A stretch of 64,000 bases of DNA. It comes from a virus. Lineage: Duplodnaviria > Caudoviricetes. Position numbers and translations under genes: made by a program. The notes below the pieces were generated by a model that made no database searches, was not told the origin of the DNA, and was given only the letters and a program-made list of their open reading frames with translations. Positions 38,172 through 48,534 of this stretch are shown here, one piece after another; position 1 is the stretch's first letter, and each line of letters starts with the position of its first letter. The DNA is taken from positions 1-64,000 of the IMG/VR virus record IMGVR_UViG_3300031993_000027; one strand, written 5' to 3'.

Positions 38172-39395
38172 TTAATAATATAATTGTACACCATTTTCGG
38201 TGTCTTTGAGTATCTGACCTTCAGTTTGAACATCAACATATCCCAAAGAATAAAACATCTTCGGTCTCCTGTCTAAGTAACGAGGGGTCTTGTATAACTC
38301 CTGATACTCCTTCACTATCTGTCTAAATTCTTCGGTGTACATTCCACTAGGCTCAATGCCCCTCTTAGGAAGGATATTAGCCAACAGTTTTTGAATGTAG
38401 TATATGTCCGATTCATCGGACAGTTCGCACAATGAAGACCCGAAGAGATAATCAAAGAACTTGGAATGAATAAGCCAATAAGAATCTATAAAACCATCAG
38501 TGTCTATGTCACTTCCCGACAGGTTGTTTTTCTTCAGGATAAGGAACGAGTTGTTGTATGTATACTCGTTATACTCATAGGACAAAAGGATATTGTTTGC
38601 TCTCGAACTCGTTTTGTATGTGACACAAGTTCCACGAACAACGCTCTTCTCTTCTATCTCGGAAACAGAGTTATTTACCTGACTAGGGAATGTTTGGCTA
38701 GTAGACCCTACATAGAACGTAACAGGAAGTTGGTCTCCGTTTCCGTCCTCGTTGTCAAACCTGTGGCAGATAAGGTATTCTGTATCAGGCTTGCAAGGAA
38801 CAATCATCGTACAATAGGAATTGTTAAGTGATATGACGTTCCCCTCTATCTTAGAATCAAACATGAAATCTTCAGTAGACAGGTTGACCAATGAACTTGC
38901 GTCCAACGGTATAAGGTTTTTCCTCTTGCTCTGTGTAAGAACAATCCTGTACTCGTCAGTCGAGTTAGTGTCAACATAACTGATAAACGTGGTCAAGTCC
39001 CAACCGTACTCCTTGGCAAATTCAAGAAGACTAGGTTGAGTATTTGCGTCCATGATATATCTCATTGCCTGTTCAACTATATCGTCAGGTTTATTGACTG
39101 ATTTTGAAGAGCAGGTAATCGTGTTAACTGTACGGACAACCGCAAAACAATACGTGATGGATTTATACTCCGTCACTCCGTTTATCTCTATCGGTATCTG
39201 ACTATATTGAGAGGCAAGAGCATCATACATTTCTTCGCTCGAAACAACCTTCGGGAGATTGATATACTCGATAAGGTTGTTATGAGTGTATGTATCATAA
39301 ATACCACTTACTCTCAAAGTGTTGTTGTATTCTTCCTGCAAGAATGCTTCCAAGTATCTTACAGTTAAATTCGAATCACCGTACTTGATATTCAT
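38172..39395 (-). CDS. virion protein with peptidoglycan-binding-like repeats
   Basis: GDSNLTVRYL...SGIYD; IYYIQKLL...SGMYT...VKEYQ...GYVD. Confidence 0.5.
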   Translation of the reverse strand: MNIKYGDSNLTVRYLEAFLQEEYNNTLRVSGIYDTYTHNNLIEYINLPKVVSSEEMYDALASQYSQIPIEINGVTEYKSITYCFAVVRTVNTITCSSKSVNKPDDIVEQAMRYIMDANTQPSLLEFAKEYGWDLTTFISYVDTNSTDEYRIVLTQSKRKNLIPLDASSLVNLSTEDFMFDSKIEGNVISLNNSYCTMIVPCKPDTEYLICHRFDNEDGNGDQLPVTFYVGSTSQTFPSQVNNSVSEIEEKSVVRGTCVTYKTSSRANNILLSYEYNEYTYNNSFLILKKNNLSGSDIDTDGFIDSYWLIHSKFFDYLFGSSLCELSDESDIYYIQKLLANILPKRGIEPSGMYTEEFRQIVKEYQELYKTPRYLDRRPKMFYSLGYVDVQTEGQILKDTENGVQLYY

Positions 39396-41929
39396 TAATG
39401 ACCGCCCTTCCCACTCATAACAGGTTTAAGACTTGTAGATATATTACCTGACATAAGACCTGAAGATGAATCAATATAGATTGAACCACCGTTTTCTGCT
39501 ATTGCTTTTACGATTGCTAATCCTACTTCTCTGATAACCGCCTCAACATCAGTTGTGTCAGGCTTGTTGTTCTTGTTAGCAAGGTTAACTCCACGCATTA
39601 CCGCACTACTTAATTGTGGGATAGGCGATATGATTTCTCCGTAAGGGTTATCGCCTACTACGGCAAGTTCAGGGGTTTTAACATAACCACCTGTTCCGTA
39701 TTTCTTGACCCAATTACCGTTTTCGTCTTGTACATATCCTGACTGTACAAGTTGTGCTACTGACATTCCTGTTGTTCCAACACCTGCATCGTAACCGCCC
39801 AAATCAACGTGTGCTATCTCTTTGGCTTTTTTCTTGTACTTATGCAGATTCCAAAGGTCTCCCATCATCGTTGAATCAAAATCGCCAAAGGCTAATTTTA
39901 CGGCATCTGATGAAAGAGCACCTATTGGGATATACTCGTACCATTCTTTGTCTTTTAATTGACCTATTGCGTAACTTCCTACTGCTTGGTCTATGTACTT
40001 TTGCTTTTCCTTTTCGGTCTCGGCTACCATTGCCTTGTTAAGCATTTCCTCCTGATATGCCTCGTCACCGCCTAATACACGAGCCTTGTCGAAAACATCC
40101 GCAAGAAGTTCTGCGATAAAGGCTACATCAGTAGCAATAAGTTGAAGTGCTCCGTTGATATCGTTTGCTACTGTGCTGTTAGAAGCAATGTTCTCCAACA
40201 TTTCTTCAGCAGTTGTAAACAGGTCATCGTTTGCAAATGCCTGTACCAAATCCTCGTATGCACTTTCAGGCGAATAGTCTTTTTTGAGTTCTTCTTCTAA
40301 GTTCTTCTTGAAGTCTGCATCTATCTTCTGATAGTTAGCCCAATCACTTAACCACGAAGCCCCCAAAGCGGAATTGACAGCACCTTGCGTAAGGGCATTG
40401 CTCGTTCCACTAGTGAACATTCCTGCAAGTCCTATCTGCTGTCCTATAAGTGCTTCCCACGAAGAAGGAACACCACCTGATTGAGCAAGGGCAATCCTCT
40501 GAAGAGTGTTACCACCTGTCAGTCCCTTATAAGGCGAGTAAAACGCTTCGATAGAATCGTTAACAAGGTTGATAGCATCAGCCGTGGACATTCCACTCTT
40601 TTCAAGAGCCGAAAGATATGCTCTTGCTTCATTGGTCATCAACTCTCTCTTCGTATAGAGTTCAACAGGAACGAGTTTGTCTATGATAGTAGACATAGAA
40701 CCCATCGTTACCCTCGAACTACCTGCTGTATCTCTTACTGCTTCTACGATACCGCCAAGAGACCTAGACATATTGAAAAGACCCTGCTGTTGCAGGTCAA
40801 GGAAATACTGATTGTTCGTATCAAGAGTGGGCGCAATCTTAGTCAACAAAACATTCTCTAAGGATGCCTGTTCCGATTGACTAGCAGAGAAACCTTTTTC
40901 AAGAAGTCCTGCCTGTGTCTTCCACCACTCTGTTGCCTTTACATTGTTTCTAAGGTTGTTGTTAGCGATAGAATTAATCCTATCTTCCATCATGTTATGG
41001 TACAACGCACCCTGTTCATTGGCATCGTCGGCACGTTCAAGATACAATCCAAACGTCTTGTACGTCTCTTGCTGTGTATGATAGATATCTGTTAGTCCGT
41101 CTCCAAGCCAACCGAGGAGGTAATTAACGGCAATCATTATCAGGGAGACAACAGAATCAGCCATGGATTCCTGCTTTTGGAAGACCTTGACAACATCGAG
41201 AATATCATCAACAAGGCGGTTCATGTACTTGCCCTGTACCAAGTTCCTCTGCGTCGTGTTAAGCACATCCATGACACTTGCATTGACTTCTTTCATAGAG
41301 GACACTTGTTTCTTTCTGTCTTTTTCCTCTTCTTTATCTCTTGAAGTAGGGGTCTTTGAATCCTTGATTCCTTTTTCAATAGAATCTTTGAGTTCCCTAG
41401 CGTACTTGCTGTTATCCTTATCGGTCTTTTCAAGATACCTGCCGATAGCATAAGTGTTGTTAGCACCTGTTTGAGCATTGGAAGATATAGTGGCAAGTTG
41501 ACTAGTCAGGTCTTTATACAGACTTTCATTTGCCAAGGAGGATGTATTGTTATCGACAGTTCCACTTACTGCGTCTCCTACACCAACATTACCGCCTATC
41601 TTTTTAAGATATTCGGTATGTCTCTTTTCAAGTCGGTCATACAGGTCATCATACTTCTCATAAATTAAACCCTTCTGCCCTTGACCGCCTGTAAGTTTAC
41701 TGTAATGACTTAATTCTGCTGTCTTGATATGACCAAGATAAGTTGTGTGCAGTGTTTCAAGTTTTCCATACAACTGCGTATAAAAACTAAGAGTAGTGTC
41801 TGACACACTCTTTAAGTTTCCCTTAGTCTGCTTATCAGGTCTTATATCATTAAATACAGAGTTAGCATTTGCTCCTGTATTGCCGATTTTAAACTTACCG
41901 TTGTATAAGTTGTTAAAATTATCAGGCAT
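39395..41929 (-). CDS. tape measure protein
   Basis: Long helical protein after the chaperones; YGTGGYV..PELAVVGD. Confidence 0.7.
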   Translation of the reverse strand: MPDNFNNLYNGKFKIGNTGANANSVFNDIRPDKQTKGNLKSVSDTTLSFYTQLYGKLETLHTTYLGHIKTAELSHYSKLTGGQGQKGLIYEKYDDLYDRLEKRHTEYLKKIGGNVGVGDAVSGTVDNNTSSLANESLYKDLTSQLATISSNAQTGANNTYAIGRYLEKTDKDNSKYARELKDSIEKGIKDSKTPTSRDKEEEKDRKKQVSSMKEVNASVMDVLNTTQRNLVQGKYMNRLVDDILDVVKVFQKQESMADSVVSLIMIAVNYLLGWLGDGLTDIYHTQQETYKTFGLYLERADDANEQGALYHNMMEDRINSIANNNLRNNVKATEWWKTQAGLLEKGFSASQSEQASLENVLLTKIAPTLDTNNQYFLDLQQQGLFNMSRSLGGIVEAVRDTAGSSRVTMGSMSTIIDKLVPVELYTKRELMTNEARAYLSALEKSGMSTADAINLVNDSIEAFYSPYKGLTGGNTLQRIALAQSGGVPSSWEALIGQQIGLAGMFTSGTSNALTQGAVNSALGASWLSDWANYQKIDADFKKNLEEELKKDYSPESAYEDLVQAFANDDLFTTAEEMLENIASNSTVANDINGALQLIATDVAFIAELLADVFDKARVLGGDEAYQEEMLNKAMVAETEKEKQKYIDQAVGSYAIGQLKDKEWYEYIPIGALSSDAVKLAFGDFDSTMMGDLWNLHKYKKKAKEIAHVDLGGYDAGVGTTGMSVAQLVQSGYVQDENGNWVKKYGTGGYVKTPELAVVGDNPYGEIISPIPQLSSAVMRGVNLANKNNKPDTTDVEAVIREVGLAIVKAIAENGGSIYIDSSSGLMSGNISTSLKPVMSGKGGH

Positions 41930-42051
41930 ACTCTATTCTCCGTGTCATATCTCGTTATATTTACAGCCTAGCACTGTTCCTGTTGCGTTCCAAGAACAAA
42001 TTAAGGAAATTATACTCAAATTAGCCAAAAGGCTCTAAAGGGCAATTAAGG

Positions 42052-42274
42052 CTATCCTTTTCTTGCTTCTTTAAGAGCCTCCGCTTCTTCTTCTTTTATC
42101 TTCTTCAGTTCCTTGAAGATGAACGTCCTGTCGTAATATGACATTTTATCCGTGTCTCCAAAGGTTATACCGTTGCAAATCATACTTATCATAATTTGCT
42201 GTCTCATTATGTCGTCACGCTGAAGATAAGTTGTTAACCCTCCATCTTCAGTTGGGGAGGGAAGGTCGAAAAAA
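42052..42274 (-). CDS. second tail-assembly chaperone ORF (gp51/GT-like), probable frameshift extension
   Basis: Open frame from the TTTTTT run at 42269-42274 to TAG at 42052; first ATG at 42207 lacks a clear SD. Confidence 0.55.
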
Positions 42275-43009
42275 TTCTTCAGTCATTGGAAGAACGAACT
42301 TAATCTTCCTTTTACATTCAGGACACTCTGCCTCGACCCTCTTATCAATTCCGTAAGAACCTACAAGTTCATCGTACTTCTGTTCAAAGTATTGGAAGTC
42401 TCTTGCGTGCATCGTCTCGACGTACTTTTCGAGTTTGAATGTAGGCAGGAGTTGTCCGTTTACCGTACATACTCTTCTTGATTGTTCAAGAATCCAAGAA
42501 GGGTCTCCCTCATAGTCAGGGAACTTCTCTAACTTAGCCTGACCATCTTCGATAATCTTCATGTAGTCTTCAGTGGTATATAACTTGCATTGCAAGGTAT
42601 CACCACTTACAGGAAGAGCACCGATTTCGAACGGTTCTTTGAACGTATCAGGAAGGACACGTACATCAAGTTCGTCAAGGTCAAACGTAAGGTCAACGGT
42701 TCTTCCACAATGAGGACACTTAGTTGTAATCTTATAGTCCTTGCCATAAGTCTCAATCCTAAGTTTGTACATCAGGAATTGAAGGTCAACTAACTTCAAT
42801 TTTGTTACATCAACATTCTCATTAGAGGTCAAGCACCTCTGAATGAGTTTTGCTGTTGTATCGAATGTACTTGAAGACAGTCTTAACTTTTCTTCCATTG
42901 TGGTCATCGGTCTGAAAGTAAAAGTCCTGCCAACCTTCTCTTTGTTGTAAAGCGGATAGCAAGGAACACTATCGCAATCTTTCAACTTAATGGTCTTTGC
43001 TTCATTCAT
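42248..43009 (-). CDS. T4 gp26-like baseplate hub/tail assembly chaperone
   Basis: FRPMTTMEEK, LRIETYG, CPHC, CPEC, ends EEFFRP. Confidence 0.8.
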   Translation of the reverse strand: MNEAKTIKLKDCDSVPCYPLYNKEKVGRTFTFRPMTTMEEKLRLSSSTFDTTAKLIQRCLTSNENVDVTKLKLVDLQFLMYKLRIETYGKDYKITTKCPHCGRTVDLTFDLDELDVRVLPDTFKEPFEIGALPVSGDTLQCKLYTTEDYMKIIEDGQAKLEKFPDYEGDPSWILEQSRRVCTVNGQLLPTFKLEKYVETMHARDFQYFEQKYDELVGSYGIDKRVEAECPECKRKIKFVLPMTEEFFRPSLPN

Positions 43010-43036
43010 ATTTGCACCTCCGAATGAATCTTTAAA

Positions 43037-43075
43037 ACAGGTTAGGTAGCACCCTGTTTGAGTGCTACCTGCCTA
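43037..43075 (-). terminator. hairpin after the tail tube gene
   Basis: AGGTAGCAC/GTGCTACCT stem. Confidence 0.55.
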
Positions 43076-43091
43076 GCGTTACCTTTATATT

Positions 43092-43697
43092 TTACCCGAA
43101 CTTTTGGTCATTATCCAGTGGGAAACAATGGTCGTATTGGAAGGTACAAGCAATCTTCCTTACATCGTTTGTTCCCTGTGCAAATGAGCCGAGGTCGAGC
43201 GAAGATATCCAACATCCGTTGAGTTGCCATACACGGCTATACTCACCTGAAGGGTCATACTCGATAAGGTATGCTGTCTTCTTATAACGGCTTGCTCTAC
43301 CGACCTTCTGATTTCTCGGATTGTAAACTTCCTTGAACCATGCCATAAGAAGTCTCTCTGTGTTCATTCCGAGGAAGTCGTTGAACTGAATAGAACCGCC
43401 CTCGTAGTTAGGTACACCCGCATACTTAACCTTGTTGTTTGCGTATGGAACTTCAAGAGCACTTACGTTGAAGTTCGGTGCGGAGAACGAATCAATAGAA
43501 AGTGTAAGTTGGTCACTAATATTGCTAGGAACATTACTTTCACTAATGCCTGATTCATCGTCATCGAACATCTTCAATCCTGCAAGTCCTGTAATCTGAA
43601 GTTCGAAGTTATTGGTACGCTGTGGCTCGTACTCGTCACGTCCGACCATATGGTACGTACCACGCTTATAGTTCTTTGTATTCAAACCATCTGCCAT
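43092..43697 (-). CDS. tail tube protein (gp19-like)
   Basis: EPQRTNNF, KYAG, WQLNGCWISSL..G, TFQYD; follows the sheath gene. Confidence 0.85.
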   Translation of the reverse strand: MADGLNTKNYKRGTYHMVGRDEYEPQRTNNFELQITGLAGLKMFDDDESGISESNVPSNISDQLTLSIDSFSAPNFNVSALEVPYANNKVKYAGVPNYEGGSIQFNDFLGMNTERLLMAWFKEVYNPRNQKVGRASRYKKTAYLIEYDPSGEYSRVWQLNGCWISSLDLGSFAQGTNDVRKIACTFQYDHCFPLDNDQKFG

Positions 43698-43716
43698 AGT
43701 GATTTACTCCTTCCTA

Positions 43717-45396
43717 TCAAGATTCAGAAAACAGAGCCGAATCGTTTGTTACGATGAAGTCGATGTTAAAGTCTTCGGCTGTTCTCGCTATTCTTACGAT
43801 AACCTGACCACGAACTGTGTTGTTGTTGATATCGTCTTCAGTAGTTGTCGTCTCGTCCATGATAATCTTATAGTTATCAAGTGCTCCATCTGCTGATATC
43901 TGTGAGAGGAATGGGTCGAGTTGTCCCCTAAACTCATTCCACGTCTTCAGGTTATTTCCTTCAAATGTGAGAGAGATAGAAATGTCTCTTATCTTTCTCT
44001 TAATCTCGTTAGCAGTGATACGAACATTGAGGTCTTGGAATGCACTTCTTATTGAACCTGTTGTATCTCCGCTTACGACATACAATGTCTTCTGACCGAA
44101 GATAGCGTAGCCGTAGTTGAGAATCTTACGGATAGGGTTAACATACGGAAGTGTGCTCTGCATCTTATCTGCGAGAACAGAACCGATTTCAAATACAGCC
44201 TTGCTTGCTTCAGGTACAAGACCACGCCTTACGCCAGCAGGTGAAAGCCATATCGGATTACCGTTCTTGATGCTCTTAGCCAACTCGTAAAGGAATACGA
44301 ATGACGGAGGCATTATCTTTACTTCTGCTGTTCTAGGAAGTTGGAAATAAATCCAAGATTCAAATGTCGTAGCATAAGAAGAAGCAACATAGTTGAAGTG
44401 ACCATTGATATTTTCAACATCATTATCCTTCGGTTCGATGGAAGAGGGAATGTCAAGCACAACGAGACAGTCTTTTCTCTCTTCCGCTACATCAACAAGA
44501 GCCGTAACTGCCTTTTTGGTGTATGTTGTTCCATCAGTGTTCAAGAGGTCTGTCATACCACCAAGAGTAAGGAACTTAACAGCAAACAGGTCTTGGTCTT
44601 TGAGAACATCGAAGAAACTTTGGTCTACTTCCAAAGCGTAAGCAATCGTGTTAGTGTTTGTGATAACGTCTGTTTCAAGAGGGTCTGTACCATTAGCAAG
44701 AGTAAATTGAACTGTTGTTGTTGCTGTTGCCTGATTGAGCCAACCCTCATTAAGAACAAAGTCTGCAAGTTCTTCAAGAAGCACAAACTTTACAAGGGAT
44801 GAATCAACAAGTTGGATACCTGCATAGAACAGTTTTGTTACCGTTACATCTGCACTTCCCGAAACAGGTGTATCAGCAGGGACAGAACATACTGTGAAGG
44901 ATTCTTTCTTTGTTCCCTTGGTAATCGTTACAGTGATATCACCTACTGCCATTGTGTCAGGCGTTCCTGAAGTAATAGTAGGACAATCAAACTGAACCGT
45001 AATGCCGTTTGCTCCTGTACCTGCGATTTTCGCAAGAATCTTCATTTCGTCTGTCGGTGTTTCTTCCCCATCATCGAGAACAACTTCAGCAGTATCAGAA
45101 ATGGAAACTGTCTGCTGTAAGTCAGCATCATAATAGGAAACAACTCTTTGGAAGAGTACAGGGAAACCTGCAAGCAAAAGGTTTGTTGCATAGTCCCAAG
45201 CACAACCGTATGTACCAACATTTACAGACGGAGGTGTAGAACCAAACTCGGCAATGAACTCATTGTAGTTCCTGCAAAGTTTCGGCTCGGTTGTACCTGT
45301 TGTTGCTGAACCTATTACGTATACTATGTTGTCAGAGGAATTTTGAGATACGTTATACAACGTATTGTCTTTTTCGTTAATAGTAATACTAGGCAT
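43717..45396 (-). CDS. tail sheath protein
   Basis: W.SPAGVRRG, VNPI, FGQKTL, LNVR, FEGN; MDETTTT.DDI. Confidence 0.9.
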   Translation of the reverse strand: MPSITINEKDNTLYNVSQNSSDNIVYVIGSATTGTTEPKLCRNYNEFIAEFGSTPPSVNVGTYGCAWDYATNLLLAGFPVLFQRVVSYYDADLQQTVSISDTAEVVLDDGEETPTDEMKILAKIAGTGANGITVQFDCPTITSGTPDTMAVGDITVTITKGTKKESFTVCSVPADTPVSGSADVTVTKLFYAGIQLVDSSLVKFVLLEELADFVLNEGWLNQATATTTVQFTLANGTDPLETDVITNTNTIAYALEVDQSFFDVLKDQDLFAVKFLTLGGMTDLLNTDGTTYTKKAVTALVDVAEERKDCLVVLDIPSSIEPKDNDVENINGHFNYVASSYATTFESWIYFQLPRTAEVKIMPPSFVFLYELAKSIKNGNPIWLSPAGVRRGLVPEASKAVFEIGSVLADKMQSTLPYVNPIRKILNYGYAIFGQKTLYVVSGDTTGSIRSAFQDLNVRITANEIKRKIRDISISLTFEGNNLKTWNEFRGQLDPFLSQISADGALDNYKIIMDETTTTEDDINNNTVRGQVIVRIARTAEDFNIDFIVTNDSALFSES

Positions 45397-45653
45397 TAAC
45401 TTTTTTCTCCTTTTTTAGATTTCTTTCTTCCCCTTTTTGTAGTTGTTTCCGAAGCAAGGGAAGTCGCTTCTTGGTTAACTGATTTCTTTTCTTCTATGCT
45501 TACACTAGAGATTATACCGCTATTCTCTAATTTTTTAATAGTAGAAGATAAAATCTGCCCTTCATAGTCAGAAATAGTAACCGTATCATAAATGCCGATT
45601 GCTACGCTTCCTATGAAGACAGGTCTGTTAGTTCTGTTAGTTATCCTTAACAT
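45396..45653 (-). CDS. small virion-associated hypothetical protein
   Basis: Coupled ORF before the sheath gene. Confidence 0.6.
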   Translation of the reverse strand: MLRITNRTNRPVFIGSVAIGIYDTVTISDYEGQILSSTIKKLENSGIISSVSIEEKKSVNQEATSLASETTTKRGRKKSKKGEKS

Positions 45654-46236
45654 ATTTGTCTCCGTCCTTTACATACAAATCCACACCACCAAAGATGTGC
45701 GGTTTTTCTGTTGTGCTCTTCCACAGATAAGCATCAGGTATATATGCCGATAAGGTAGTCCTGAAATACTCACCGTGTTCTAACTGACCCATTATGTCAG
45801 AGTTGTCTTCGATATTTTGGTCGAAGAAGAGATTGAACGTGTGTTTTAGATTTGTTCCATATGGAATTTTTACTTCCAAAGTAGGATGTGTCATATAATA
45901 AAACAACAGTTCCCTTACTATATTATCATTCTCTTCACGGTGTTTTGTCCATACGTCAAACAAATAATTCATCTGTATCGGTATAACCTGTATCCTCGAC
46001 GTTATTTGTTCGTCTTCAGATATGTTGGAAAGACCACCAGTGAATCTCATTGGATGCGAAGAATCACGAAGAGAAGGATTCAGCCTTGCCACACTTATAA
46101 GCGGTAACTTAATATCATCCTCTTCGAGCCTTGCTATCGTGTTGAAGACTTTCTCGGCAGGTTCAATGTATATTCTGTCATCATCGAAGACACTTCTAAA
46201 GTCTTCTATGATTGCGTTGTCATAAAGATAGAACAT
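45637..46236 (-). CDS. tail terminator (gp15-like)
   Basis: IKLPLISVAR, IPIQMNY.FDVWT; synteny. Confidence 0.65.
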   Translation of the reverse strand: MFYLYDNAIIEDFRSVFDDDRIYIEPAEKVFNTIARLEEDDIKLPLISVARLNPSLRDSSHPMRFTGGLSNISEDEQITSRIQVIPIQMNYLFDVWTKHREENDNIVRELLFYYMTHPTLEVKIPYGTNLKHTFNLFFDQNIEDNSDIMGQLEHGEYFRTTLSAYIPDAYLWKSTTEKPHIFGGVDLYVKDGDKYVKDN

Positions 46237-46238
46237 CT

Positions 46239-46703
46239 TTAAACCTCCCTGCCATCGAGCGCATAGCCCAATTTTTTATAGGCTTCCCAATGCTTGTCTA
46301 TGTTTTTCTGATAGTTGTTAAACACCCGACTAAGCATTGTGGTCGCCTTTGTTACTTCGTTACCCTTGTCGATATATCTAGCAACCTGCTCTAAGGTTGT
46401 GTTGACTGTATTCGGCATCTTTATATCACGACGGATATAAACCTCATACGAGTATTTTCTTTTCCTCCAAGTGATACATTTAAGTATCGAATTTATCAGC
46501 CTGTTTATGTTTATATGTTTAGGTGGCTTTATCCACCTTATCCAAGTAGCGTTGATTAGAGATTGCTCCAACAAAGGGAACTTTGCAGGGATAAGTCCCT
46601 GTTTAATCTCCGTTCTTACACTATCGACCAAGGCATCACAAAACTTGTCTGCGAGGTCTTGGTCGTACACTTCTTTACTGTTAAGTTCAAAGTCAATTTC
46701 CAT
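46239..46703 (-). CDS. hypothetical neck-region protein
   Basis: Position in operon. Confidence 0.55.
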   Translation of the reverse strand: MEIDFELNSKEVYDQDLADKFCDALVDSVRTEIKQGLIPAKFPLLEQSLINATWIRWIKPPKHININRLINSILKCITWRKRKYSYEVYIRRDIKMPNTVNTTLEQVARYIDKGNEVTKATTMLSRVFNNYQKNIDKHWEAYKKLGYALDGREV

Positions 46704-47265
46704 TATTCTCTTTTACCCTGTTTTGGTCTTTTACCTTGATGTAAGAATATCCTTCTTCGTAGTTGTCAGAATACTCTCCACTTGTTGTCTTGTCTCCGTC
46801 TATGTAATTGTAATTACTGTTCGAGTAATCGTTCTTAGGCGTACCATCTTTAGTCTCAAAGATAGGTGCTAATGTACAAGTCCAACTTTCAGGAAATTCA
46901 AGCAACGTATTGATTGACGTAATCTTAAAATCTCTGTATTGGTCGTTAAGAGAATCTATCGGTCTGATACGAATGACACACTCCGTACAAAGGTTAGGTG
47001 CATCAAACGGAAGAATAGCGATATACGGTTTATCGTTAGGTAACTCACTCGCCCAATGAATCTTCTTTAAAGTAGAAGTCTTCGGGTTAGTTTCGAAGAT
47101 AATATCCATCGGCATTTCTTCAGACAATTCTGATATCATTTCCGAATGGATTGTCGGGTCAACTTTAACAGGGTAACGATACAGAACAGGAATGCCACGC
47201 AAACGGCAACACTCCTTGAACCAATTTCTATATAACGTTACGTCTCTTTCAGTTAAATAACCCAT
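46693..47265 (-). CDS. putative head closure/neck protein (gp14-like)
   Basis: Synteny; ECCRLRGIPVLY. Confidence 0.5.
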   Translation of the reverse strand: MGYLTERDVTLYRNWFKECCRLRGIPVLYRYPVKVDPTIHSEMISELSEEMPMDIIFETNPKTSTLKKIHWASELPNDKPYIAILPFDAPNLCTECVIRIRPIDSLNDQYRDFKITSINTLLEFPESWTCTLAPIFETKDGTPKNDYSNSNYNYIDGDKTTSGEYSDNYEEGYSYIKVKDQNRVKENNGN

Positions 47266-47268
47266 ATG

Positions 47269-47679
47269 TTATTTCTTGTACTCCCATCTATCAGAACCAT
47301 ATCTAAGCAGGTATTTTTTATTTTCTCCCATTCTGCTGTATCCCTGATGGCATCTTACAATAGCGGAATAATAAGGATTAACGTCGGCAACGGCTGTTAT
47401 TGAACCGCTAATCTGAACATAGTCGTCATCAGCCAAGAAACAACTTAATACGCCCAATTCTGACATTTCTACTTCATAACTTTCAAATCCAATTTCTGAA
47501 CGATAATTAGAAGTGGATGGTATTTCTACTTCTTTAAGGTCTACTTTAAAACCCTGACACGCTGTATCAAGAAGAGCCTGTATCTGCTCGTTGGTTATAG
47601 CCTGATACATTTCGTCTTTTGTTACCTTCTTGATATCGAGTTGAGAGAAGTCTTTCCTGAAATCAAATTTCCTCGGCAT
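47269..47679 (-). CDS. hypothetical protein
   Basis: GGAGG SD. Confidence 0.6.
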   Translation of the reverse strand: MPRKFDFRKDFSQLDIKKVTKDEMYQAITNEQIQALLDTACQGFKVDLKEVEIPSTSNYRSEIGFESYEVEMSELGVLSCFLADDDYVQISGSITAVADVNPYYSAIVRCHQGYSRMGENKKYLLRYGSDRWEYKK

Positions 47680-48523
47680 CGTGTTCCCCTCCCAATTCTT
47701 CAATTCTTATTGTCAGGTCTTTTTCATCTTGTATTAGACTTTCTAAGTCTCTAATAAATGACCTTGTTTTATATCCACTTTCTGTCCAATTATTTGAATC
47801 ATAACTAGTTGCTTTAGTTTGAAGTTCATTTTCTAGTCTTGAAACTAGGCTAAGATATTGTCTTTTACATATTTCCATAGTCCTATACAAACCATTAGCA
47901 TCATCTTCTGAAACAGAACTAAGAAGGGAAATACCCTTGTCAAACAAATCTGTCAGATTGTCGTACTCAACATCAAGTTTTTTGAAAAGTTTGTTAAGAT
48001 TAGCGTCTCTTTTTAATCCTGCCTGATAATCCTTGACATAGTATTCAGGGTCTCTAAGATGCTTCAAGGTATTAGCCATTGACCTTCTGTCTTGTCTCTT
48101 AGTTTTAAGTTTGTCTCTCTCTTTGTCACCCTTATAGATAACACCATATTCGAGAACGTAAGGCTTAATCTCTTTCCAATCGTTGTTCCAAAAATCAAAA
48201 GAATCTTTCCAAGCACTATTAAACCTGCCTGTATCGGATGTTGCCTTTGAGTATTTATCAGGTTCGATGATATAAACAACAGGTTCTTTGTTTGGCATCT
48301 GTAATTGGATTACAGGAGTGTTACCATCAAGAAAATCCCTCTCGATTTCTTTCCTAGTCGAAGGAATACCCTTGTTTTTAAAGAGCATCTTATCAAGAGG
48401 GTAGTGACCCACTCTATCCTTAGTTTTCCAAGAGTTCCCAAAACCCTGTTTGTTATTATCTAAAGCCTGTCTAAGCCAATCAGGAATTGAGGAAGATAGT
48501 CTCTCAATTAGATATACAGCCAT
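47663..48523 (-). CDS. hypothetical, possible internal head protein
   Basis: N-terminal YLIE resembles a prohead-protease site; AT-rich. Confidence 0.55.
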   Translation of the reverse strand: MAVYLIERLSSSIPDWLRQALDNNKQGFGNSWKTKDRVGHYPLDKMLFKNKGIPSTRKEIERDFLDGNTPVIQLQMPNKEPVVYIIEPDKYSKATSDTGRFNSAWKDSFDFWNNDWKEIKPYVLEYGVIYKGDKERDKLKTKRQDRRSMANTLKHLRDPEYYVKDYQAGLKRDANLNKLFKKLDVEYDNLTDLFDKGISLLSSVSEDDANGLYRTMEICKRQYLSLVSRLENELQTKATSYDSNNWTESGYKTRSFIRDLESLIQDEKDLTIRIEELGGEHDAEEI

Positions 48524-48534
48524 ATAGTTCTCCT

